A stretch of 64,000 nt of DNA from a virus. Positions 57,202 through 64,000 of this stretch are shown here, in pieces. The first letter of the stretch is position 1, and each line of letters opens with the position of its first letter. The stretch is from positions 1 to 64,000 of IMG/VR virus record IMGVR_UViG_3300044807_000022, one strand, 5' to 3'. A program made the position numbers and the translations under genes. The notes under the pieces were generated by a model. It worked only from the letters and a program-made list of their open reading frames with translations. It had not been told where the DNA came from and did not search any database.

Positions 57202-57687
57202 CTAGGCGACGGCCGTCTCCAGCGCCTTCTCGACCCGCTGAAGCTGGTCCACTTCTCCCTCGACCGTGATCTTGCGCTCCCGCAGGACCGCCTGCTCGGC
57301 GGCAAGCTCCTCGGCGCGAGCGTCGATGGAGTCGCGCTCGTCCGTGAGTTCCTGCTGCCGGGCGGCCATCTGCTTGATCGCCTCGTCCAGGGCGGGGATG
57401 CCGTCCAGGTGGACGCTGCCGTTGGAACGTGCGACGGCAGTCGAGCGATTCGACGCCGCTGCCGTCGTCGCCGCCCGGCCGCGCCCCCGGCCACGGCCAC
57501 GCCGCCTGCCGCCGCCCCGGCTCGCGTAGCTCTTGGGCACCAGCCCCCGAGCCTTGAGCCGCTTGATGTGCGAGCGGACGCCGTTCTCCGTGAGCTTCAG
57601 CGCCTTCGCCATTTCCGCGACGGTCTTCCCGTCGTTGATGAGGTCCAGCACTTCCTGCTGCCTCTCCGTGGCTGCTCCTGTTGCCAT
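57202..57687 (-). CDS. HTH regulator with Arg/Gly linker and coiled coil
   Basis: TERQ-x-EVL...EMA-x-x-L-x-x-T-x-x-x-V-x-x-H; GGAGG RBS. Confidence 0.75.
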   Translation of the reverse strand: MATGAATERQQEVLDLINDGKTVAEMAKALKLTENGVRSHIKRLKARGLVPKSYASRGGGRRRGRGRGRGRAATTAAASNRSTAVARSNGSVHLDGIPALDEAIKQMAARQQELTDERDSIDARAEELAAEQAVLRERKITVEGEVDQLQRVEKALETAVA

Positions 57688-57691
57688 CCGA

Positions 57692-57919
57692 CTACCTCCA
57701 GTTAGTTGCCGTCAGGTCGTGTTCTGCCTGCACGGAACGCCTTTCTCGTTCCAGTGTACGGGCATCTTGCTCCTCGTTCAAGCGGTGTTGTCCACAGGCG
57801 ATGGCGGCAAGCGCCTCGGGGTCGTCCACGTCGTCGCGAAGTGCGTCCGCGACCTGCTCCTCGTCGTACCCCATGAACGCGAGGAATCGCGCCTTGTCCT
57901 CGGGCGTGTCGAGCATCAT
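57692..57919 (-). CDS. Small hypothetical protein
   Basis: MMLDTPE start overlapping the upstream stop. Confidence 0.55.
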   Translation of the reverse strand: MMLDTPEDKARFLAFMGYDEEQVADALRDDVDDPEALAAIACGQHRLNEEQDARTLERERRSVQAEHDLTATNWR

Positions 57920-58932
57920 GTGATGACCCCCTCGTTCGGGTTGCCGATGGGTTCGGGCTCCTCCAGCCAGCGTCGGTACGTCTCGCGCTCGAACTTGCCC
58001 GCAGCGATGGCCCTGTCGATGGCCTCCTCCAGGAACGCGCGAAGACCCTGACCCTCGAAGAACTCGCGAATGTGCCCAGGGATTGGGCGGTCGGGCGCGA
58101 GCGCCGGATCGCCAGTGGGCGTGATGCACTTCTCGCGAATCTCGCGCTCCAGCACCATGTCCACCTTCTTGTCGCGGTCGGCCGCGAAGAACTCCTCCTC
58201 CCACGCCTTCTCCTGCTGGCGCTTGCGCAGGCGCACCGCGCGCAACTCCAGCGCCTCCTCGTAGGCCCAGGCCCCCTGGTCGCGCGCCTGCGTGGCGAAG
58301 CGGTCGAACAGCATGCCGTAGCTGATGCCGTGTTCGGCCTCCTCGGGGTTCAGGTTGCGGTCGCTGATGTGGCTCCATATGTCGTGCCACACGTAGTCCC
58401 AGCGCTCGTCGCTCGGCCAGTCGTATGTCAGCGCATCGCCTCGGCGGATGGCGACTCGTGGGTCGTTGTAGTAAGGCCCGATTGTCGTCACGATTTCGGG
58501 GTCGAACTCCACCACGTCGATGTGGGTGACCTCGGGCTTGGCGAGGAGGGCGCTGACGACGCAGCCCAACCCCAGGCCGTGGACGAGCACGCGGCCGGTA
58601 CCGTGCTCGATGGCGTGGAAGTGGCCTTCGATTTCGGCGGGCGTGTCGGACATGACGGGCGTCCAGTCCTTCACGTCGTTGTCCTCGACCTCCTGCGCCG
58701 TGGCGCGCCGTCTGAGCGTGATGTAGTGGCCGGGCGGAACCAGGCGCTCGATCATGGACTCGCGGCGGTATGGGTCGCGCTCGGTGAGCATGGCGTGCAG
58801 TGTGCGCGCGCGGACCTCGGCCTCGTCCACGTCGAAGTGGTACGCCTGCCAGCGCGTGCCCTCGAAGTCCTCGATGAAGTCGGACACGCGGGCGGCTGCC
58901 CACGGGTCGGTGTAGTTCGGCCTAGCCGACAT
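57916..58932 (-). CDS. Spermidine-synthase-like SAM-dependent transferase
   Basis: MSDTP-x-E, VLVHGLGLG, VVEFD-x-x-I, GDA, D-x-x-W-x-DIW. Confidence 0.8.
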   Translation of the reverse strand: MSARPNYTDPWAAARVSDFIEDFEGTRWQAYHFDVDEAEVRARTLHAMLTERDPYRRESMIERLVPPGHYITLRRRATAQEVEDNDVKDWTPVMSDTPAEIEGHFHAIEHGTGRVLVHGLGLGCVVSALLAKPEVTHIDVVEFDPEIVTTIGPYYNDPRVAIRRGDALTYDWPSDERWDYVWHDIWSHISDRNLNPEEAEHGISYGMLFDRFATQARDQGAWAYEEALELRAVRLRKRQQEKAWEEEFFAADRDKKVDMVLEREIREKCITPTGDPALAPDRPIPGHIREFFEGQGLRAFLEEAIDRAIAAGKFERETYRRWLEEPEPIGNPNEGVIT

Positions 58933-59362
58933 GCGTGCCCTCCTCTGGGTCGAGTCCTCTCCGCGCTCGTCGCGCGCGGAGCTTGTCCGCCGTACGCCTT
59001 GCGTTCAGGCCGGGGTCCTGAAGCTCGGCCATGCCGTGCGCCGCCGCCTCGGCTCCGGACGCGAACAGCGGGACCGGCGACACGTAGTCCAGCGCTGCTT
59101 CGTAGCCCTCCCGCGTGACCGCGCCCGCGAGGACCGCGATGCGCAGGCCCATCGACTCCTCCATGTCGTGGCACCCGACCCACCCGGCGCAGAGACGGCC
59201 GTTCTGCTGATGGCAGAAGAACGCGGCGGGGAGTTGGTCGCCGGTCGGCCCGTCGTAGCGCGGGAGCTTGTCGTACTCCTCCTCGGACCACACGCCGCTC
59301 GGGCAGTCGCGCCTGTACGGGCATGACGCACACGGGTAGGGGGCCGGTGCGCTAGTCGCCAT
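58922..59362 (-). CDS. DUF6283-like Cys-rich protein
   Basis: PCASCPYRRD-x-PSGVW, F-x-CH, CAGW. Confidence 0.65.
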   Translation of the reverse strand: MATSAPAPYPCASCPYRRDCPSGVWSEEEYDKLPRYDGPTGDQLPAAFFCHQQNGRLCAGWVGCHDMEESMGLRIAVLAGAVTREGYEAALDYVSPVPLFASGAEAAAHGMAELQDPGLNARRTADKLRARRARRGLDPEEGTHVG

Positions 59363-59591
59363 GGATGAGCTTCCCCACAAGCGGGCGCTGCTCGCGGTCG
59401 CGCAGGTTCGGCACCGCCTCGCCGCCCAGCACCAGCACGCACGACCCGTACTCGTCGTTCAGTTCGTGCGCGTTGACGACCTTGCGCAGCGTGCCGTCGC
59501 CCATGTCCACCAGGAACGGGGCGTCTCCGTTCAGGTGGAAGTCCATCACGTCGTCGTGGCGCACGGTGAGGCTGAAGTCGTTGTCAGGCAT
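59352..59591 (-). CDS. Hypothetical protein
   Basis: GGAGG RBS. Confidence 0.65.
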   Translation of the reverse strand: MPDNDFSLTVRHDDVMDFHLNGDAPFLVDMGDGTLRKVVNAHELNDEYGSCVLVLGGEAVPNLRDREQRPLVGKLIHGD

Positions 59592-59613
59592 GGTCGAACC
59601 TCCGATTGTCGTT

Positions 59614-59856
59614 CTACGTTCCAGGTGACTTGATGAGCGCCCCAGGGGAGACGTTCTCGAACTCCACCGCGACCAGGCTGCCGTCGCGATTTAGTTTGAC
59701 GATGGCGCGCGGGTGTTCCTTGCCCACGCGCTGCGTCTCACAGATGACGCCGCCGTTGGCGTTGGCGTCCTTGGGCTCGCTCTTGAGCTTGAACCGAATC
59801 TTCGTGCCAACCTCGACGCGGCCCTCTACGAGGGTGCCCTTCGCCCAGGAGGTCAT
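59614..59856 (-). CDS. Hypothetical protein
   Basis: GGAGG RBS; overlap. Confidence 0.6.
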   Translation of the reverse strand: MTSWAKGTLVEGRVEVGTKIRFKLKSEPKDANANGGVICETQRVGKEHPRAIVKLNRDGSLVAVEFENVSPGALIKSPGT

Positions 59857-60056
59857 ACGCGCCTCCCGCGCTGGTGGTCGTGCATGTGGATCGGCTCGTC
59901 GGTGTAGGTGACGGTCATAACCGGCCTGCGGCGGTAGCGCACCGTGAACCCTTCGAGCTTCGTGCGCAGCGCGTCCACCAGGTCCTCGGGGTCCGACTGC
60001 GTGTCGTCGCCCTCAAGCTGGATGGAAAGCGTGACGGTGGTCTTGCGATCAGGCAT
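59853..60056 (-). CDS. Hypothetical protein
   Basis: GGAGG RBS before MPDRK. Confidence 0.6.
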   Translation of the reverse strand: MPDRKTTVTLSIQLEGDDTQSDPEDLVDALRTKLEGFTVRYRRRPVMTVTYTDEPIHMHDHQRGRRV

Positions 60057-60258
60057 GGTTGGCCTCCCGCGAGCGTGCGACCGCCTCCGCGAGTGCGTCA
60101 CCCGTCTCATAGACCGTGCCGTCGTCGTCCTCGTTGATCCAGGCGTTCCGGCCCCAGGGGTAGAAGCCCTGCGACCGGATCAGCGCGTCCTCGGCCTCGG
60201 TCAGGTGGTCGGCCTCGATCCGGTCGGCGTCGATGGGTGCGAACCTGGTCCCGGTCAT
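60049..60258 (-). CDS. Hypothetical protein
   Basis: Overlapping operon position. Confidence 0.6.
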   Translation of the reverse strand: MTGTRFAPIDADRIEADHLTEAEDALIRSQGFYPWGRNAWINEDDDGTVYETGDALAEAVARSREANHA

Positions 60259-60458
60259 GGGGTCGCCTCATCGAAGTCGTAGCCGGTGACGGGTCGCCAC
60301 TCGGTGACCTCGCGCTCGTCGGCGTCGATGATGCGGGGGTAGCCGTCGCGTCGGGCCTGCTGCACCACGTCGCTGAAGTTCGTGCCGCTGAACTTGCACA
60401 CGCCGCGAGGGTCGTTCGAGTCAGCGGCCCGTTGGGCCGTCAGGCGGTACTCCATCAT
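60255..60458 (-). CDS. Hypothetical protein
   Basis: GGAGG RBS. Confidence 0.6.
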   Translation of the reverse strand: MMEYRLTAQRAADSNDPRGVCKFSGTNFSDVVQQARRDGYPRIIDADEREVTEWRPVTGYDFDEATP

Positions 60459-60672
60459 CTTGAACCTCCGATTTCAGTTGGGACTTCCCACGGCAGCCAA
60501 TGGCGATGAGCCCGGCCCGCCAGAGCTTGTTCCTCGCCCGGCGCAAGGCGTCGGGGTGGGTCTGCATGTTGCGCACCAGTTCTGCCGTGTCGAACAGGTG
60601 GTCGGGGTCGTCGCGGTGGGCGTCGAGCACCCGCCGCTCCAGTGCGTTCAGGATCAGGTGCCGCTCGTTCAC
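60421..60672 (-). CDS. Winged-helix protein (putative)
   Basis: LNALERRVL...ELV...L-x-x-x-GLI. Confidence 0.5.
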   Translation of the reverse strand: MNERHLILNALERRVLDAHRDDPDHLFDTAELVRNMQTHPDALRRARNKLWRAGLIAIGCRGKSQLKSEVQDDGVPPDGPTGR

Positions 60673-61022
60673 GTGTTGAACACGTCCGTCGTGCCGCCCG
60701 TGCGGTCGCGCGTGACGATGCAGACGGCATCGGTGGGCACGGACCGGCCGGTGTTGGCCGACACGTCCCTGGCGATCCCGACCTGCGCCAGCGTGACGCG
60801 ACGGAAGCCGCGAAGCTGGCCGTCGAGCGGGAGCGTCATGCGGTACTCGCCGTACAGCGGGTGGCCGCCGACGCCCGGCTCCTCGGTCAGGAGGACGCAG
60901 GACGAGTGCGTGCCGTCGCGGCGCGTGCGCGCGGCCTTGACCACGCAGAGCTTGGGCTTGCCGCCGCTGGTCAGCGGGCCGATGAACACGCGCCCCTTGC
61001 GCGGGGTCAGGTCTTCCGTCAT
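60669..61022 (-). CDS. Hypothetical protein
   Basis: GAGGAGG RBS before MTEDL. Confidence 0.6.
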   Translation of the reverse strand: MTEDLTPRKGRVFIGPLTSGGKPKLCVVKAARTRRDGTHSSCVLLTEEPGVGGHPLYGEYRMTLPLDGQLRGFRRVTLAQVGIARDVSANTGRSVPTDAVCIVTRDRTGGTTDVFNT

Positions 61023-61948
61023 GCGTCCTCCTCGATCCGTGTGAGCATGTCCACGCTGCACGTGGCGTGCCCACCCTTGTCTAGGTCTACTCCGGTCGAA
61101 TGGTCGTTCGCGCCGAGCGACCACGGGCTGACACCGGAAACCGTGCCCAGGTCGCCGTTGGGGAGTTGTACGCGGTCGCCATCCTTGAACGGATTCGCCA
61201 CCACGGGCATGCCGCTGACGACGGTCGTGCCGCCGGGGCCAGCGCCGGGGGCCACTGTCGGCGCGGGGGCTGCGGAAGGCGCGACGACCGTCAGGGGTTC
61301 CGCGCAGACGAAGCACTTGGGCTCGTCGTCGTCCTCGGGTGGTGTCCACGGTCGCTTGCCGAGCAGCTTGCCGTCCTTCTGCGCCGCGCCGACCTTGCCG
61401 CAAAGCTCCGAGCAGGCACCGTAGGTCTTGCCGTAGTCGTCGGCCACGACCCACGCCTCGATGCCCGCCGCCTGGGTGGCTCCGCACTCGCTGCACGTGC
61501 CGTCGATGATCTTGTCGGGCTCCGCGCCGCAGGAGGGGCACACGCCCGCCGTGGAGAGCGCTGCGGCGCTTGCCGTGCCCAGCGCCTCCTCCAGGTCGTC
61601 CTCGGTCTTCAGCGGCTTAGGGGGCTTTACACGCGCTGCGGCGTCCGCGAACAGGTCGTCCACGCTCTTGCCGCGCGCCTGACGCACGTAGTCGGCGTAG
61701 CTCGGGCCGCTCTGCCAGTCGGTCCTGCCCGTATCGGGCGCGTCGGGGAAGTGCGCGCCAGCGGGGTCCAGGTCGTCCTCGTCCTCGTCGTCGTCCACGT
61801 CGGGCGCGCTCGCGTTGGGGTCGCCGTGGAACCCGCAACCGGGGCATGAGCCCACGTTCGGGTCGTCGTCGTCGGGGTCAAGCTGCGTGCCGCACTGCGG
61901 GCAGAACATCTTCCCCGCGAGAATGTCGGCAGCGTCGTCGTCAGCCAT
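61019..61948 (-). CDS. Multi-Zn-ribbon protein with C-terminal KOW-like domain
   Basis: CPQC/CPGC, CPSC/CSEC, CSELC/CFVC; FKDGDRV. Confidence 0.7.
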   Translation of the reverse strand: MADDDAADILAGKMFCPQCGTQLDPDDDDPNVGSCPGCGFHGDPNASAPDVDDDEDEDDLDPAGAHFPDAPDTGRTDWQSGPSYADYVRQARGKSVDDLFADAAARVKPPKPLKTEDDLEEALGTASAAALSTAGVCPSCGAEPDKIIDGTCSECGATQAAGIEAWVVADDYGKTYGACSELCGKVGAAQKDGKLLGKRPWTPPEDDDEPKCFVCAEPLTVVAPSAAPAPTVAPGAGPGGTTVVSGMPVVANPFKDGDRVQLPNGDLGTVSGVSPWSLGANDHSTGVDLDKGGHATCSVDMLTRIEEDA

Positions 61949-62285
61949 GCGTTGGTGCCTCCTCGTAGGGGGTCGGGTCGCCCGAGCGGGCCTCGAAGAA
62001 CCCGTCGTGCGCGCGCTTGATGGTGTGACGCAGTTGCGCCTTGGTCAGGACCGTGGCGTGCGGGAACATCGACACTGACCGCTCGCGCAGGCCGGTCCGG
62101 TCACCGCGCTCGATCAGGTCGTGGCACGGATCGCAGGCGGCCCACGGGGTCGTGCTGTTCATGCCCACGGCGGCGAGTCCACCTTTCGGCCTCGCAAGGA
62201 GCGCGGTCACCTGCACGCGCCCGGCGGGGTAGCTCCAGCACACCGGGCGCTGTGAGCAGAAGTCGCACTTGGGCTCCTCGGTCAT
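61941..62285 (-). CDS. Zn-finger protein
   Basis: CDFC...WAACDPC. Confidence 0.65.
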   Translation of the reverse strand: MTEEPKCDFCSQRPVCWSYPAGRVQVTALLARPKGGLAAVGMNSTTPWAACDPCHDLIERGDRTGLRERSVSMFPHATVLTKAQLRHTIKRAHDGFFEARSGDPTPYEEAPTHG

Positions 62286-62902
62286 GCTGCCTCCGATCCT
62301 GCGACGGTAGTTGCGGTTTCGTCGTAGCGGGCGATGGCCCACGCGATGGCGTGACAGCACCAGAGGAACTGCCAGTCGTACTCGCGCAGGTCCCACTCCC
62401 ACGTCTCCAGGTGAACGCCGACGCTCTCCTCCAGGAGTTGCAGGCGCTCGCGCCCCTCCTCCGGGTGGAGCGTCCAGTCGTACAGGACCTCGCGCTCCAG
62501 CGCTTCGATCAGGAGCGACGGGTAGATCATGTCGCCGTCCTCACCGTACTCAAGCTCGTCGCGCGCCCAAAAGAGCACGCGTTCGCGCAGGGCGTCGTGC
62601 GAGTACACACGCGCGCCATCGGGTCGGGGGGCCTGCAACTTCTGGCTCCAGTAGTCCGGGTTGATCCCGTGGTCGCTCCTGAAGAACTGGAACATATCTC
62701 GGATGCGCGAGAACACGAAGTCGCCCGCGTCTCCGACGATGGCGAGGTAGCCGGGCCAGGTCACCACGTCGAACCCGTAGATGTAGGTGCCCGGCTGCTG
62801 GCAGCGCAGGTGCCGGTAGAGACCGGCGTCCTTGATGACGGTCAGAACGTGCTCGGCGGTCTCCTGCTCGAAGCGGGCCTTGGAACGCTCGACTGTCGTC
62901 AT
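62282..62902 (-). CDS. Conserved phage hypothetical protein
   Basis: GLYRHLR, TWPG-x-L-x-I-x-GD, INP-x-YW-x-x-KL, FLWCC-x-AI. Confidence 0.7.
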   Translation of the reverse strand: MTTVERSKARFEQETAEHVLTVIKDAGLYRHLRCQQPGTYIYGFDVVTWPGYLAIVGDAGDFVFSRIRDMFQFFRSDHGINPDYWSQKLQAPRPDGARVYSHDALRERVLFWARDELEYGEDGDMIYPSLLIEALEREVLYDWTLHPEEGRERLQLLEESVGVHLETWEWDLREYDWQFLWCCHAIAWAIARYDETATTVAGSEAA

Positions 62903-64000
62903 GGCTTCCTCCCGGTGAGTAGCTGGCGGGCTCGCTTGATGCCCAGGTCGGTGAGCTTCCGGCCACGGGACGTGACCTGCACGTAGCCCTTCTCGATCAG
63001 CCACGGTTCGACGCGCAGGTTGATCGACTTCGTGTCGCGCGACTTGCCGATGGCGGTGGCGATGGTGTTCACACTCGCCTGGTAGCTCACTTCGTCCGTC
63101 GTCTTGTTCACCGAGCGGCAGCGCTCGTAGAGGAACGTCAGCATGTTCACCATGTCGCGCGTGAGCCCGTCAGGCTCGACGGCGTTCAGGTCGAACAGGA
63201 CCTCACGTGCGAGCGCCGCGTCGATGGTGCCGCCGCTCCCCGCGAGTCGCGAGCCGTTCTTCATGTAGTTGTTCAGCACGCGCGGCGTGCGGCGTGCGGC
63301 GGCGGCGAACATCTGCTTCGCCGTGTCGGTGATCGTCAGGCCGAGCACGTCCGCGTTGAACTGCGCGATCTGCTCCATGTGGTGGCCGTCGTACGGCTCC
63401 AGGTGCGGGCGCAGCGCGAACCTGTTCAGGAACGCGTCGGGCAGCATGCCCTCGTCGGTCGTGGTGCCGATGATGCAGATGTGCGGGTAGGGCAGGACGC
63501 CGACGCCGGTCGTGATCGTCCGGTCCTCCATGAGCGCGTACAGGACCTCAGGCTGGGTGGCGCTCGACTTGCCGCGCCGCTCCATCACGGCCTGCTGGTG
63601 AATCTCCTCGATTCGGAGAATGTCGCCGTCACGCATGACCTGGCGAAGTTCGAGCAGGGTGTCCATCGAGACGGGGGCCTCGGCCTCGTAGACCTCGACT
63701 CCCATTTCGTTTGCGATCACGTGACTGAAGGTGGACTTTCCGGTGCCGCTCGGGCCGACAAGAAGCGTGTGGTCCAGCGGCTCGTCGGCGGCGATGCAGG
63801 CATCGACCACGCGCTCCATGAGCCGGACGGCCTTCTCCTGGCCGATGACCTGGTGGAACAGGTGCGGGCGCAGCGGGTTCTGCGTGCGGTCGCTCGACGT
63901 GCTGGGCGCGGGGCCACCCGTGGTCGGGGTGGCCTCTGCCTCCACCGCAGCGGCACGCACTGCGCCCTCCGCACGGGCGGCTTCGATGGCGCGCGCCTCG
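62899..64000 (-). CDS. ruvB: Holliday junction branch-migration ATPase RuvB-like (5' end at or beyond the window edge)
   Basis: LRP-x-x-F-x-x-x-IGQ, LDH-x-LL-x-GP-x-G-x-GK, EIH, LY-x-x-MED, TPR, EP-x-LI-x-x-G...T-x-RGR. Confidence 0.9.
   Translation of the reverse strand, partial: EARAIEAARAEGAVRAAAVEAEATPTTGGPAPSTSSDRTQNPLRPHLFHQVIGQEKAVRLMERVVDACIAADEPLDHTLLVGPSGTGKSTFSHVIANEMGVEVYEAEAPVSMDTLLELRQVMRDGDILRIEEIHQQAVMERRGKSSATQPEVLYALMEDRTITTGVGVLPYPHICIIGTTTDEGMLPDAFLNRFALRPHLEPYDGHHMEQIAQFNADVLGLTITDTAKQMFAAAARRTPRVLNNYMKNGSRLAGSGGTIDAALAREVLFDLNAVEPDGLTRDMVNMLTFLYERCRSVNKTTDEVSYQASVNTIATAIGKSRDTKSINLRVEPWLIEKGYVQVTSRGRKLTDLGIKRARQLLTGRKP

Larger units (their letters stand above)
1..64000. 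mobile_element. Tailed dsDNA bacteriophage genome segment (siphovirus-like, possibly temperate)
   Basis: Terminase, portal, capsid, tail and tape measure genes; endolysin; DnaB; tyrosine recombinase; dense 1-4 nt gene overlaps; no host housekeeping operon. Confidence 0.97.

Overview
This high-GC window is a large part of a tailed dsDNA phage genome, siphovirus-like, with a probable Actinomycetota host (inferred from GC content, frequent GTG starts and TANNNT promoters). Plus strand 1-54.8 kb: accessory genes; a lysis cassette (holin-like protein, membrane protein, signal-peptide amidase endolysin); a ubiquitin-like/ASCH/HNH group; packaging genes (putative TerS, RNase H, TerL, portal); a fibre/Ig module between portal and capsid genes; head genes; tail genes with a -1 frameshifted chaperone and a tape measure; recombination/replication genes (SSAP, VRR-NUC, Cas4-like nuclease, replication initiator, DnaB); a three-glycosyltransferase/two-methyltransferase cluster; and a sigma factor. 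Minus strand 54.8-64 kb: tyrosine recombinase, regulators, small accessory genes and RuvB. The most notable signals are (i) a 75-aa ubiquitin look-alike lacking the di-Gly tail, (ii) two unannotated promoter motif classes suggesting a transcription cascade, (iii) a promoter-linked, highly structured ~210-nt candidate ncRNA plus an Sm/Hfq-like small protein, and (iv) a glycosylation cluster together with recurrent Ser-Ala/Ser-Gly motifs in virion proteins. All family calls are by eye from motifs and gene order; no database searches were run.
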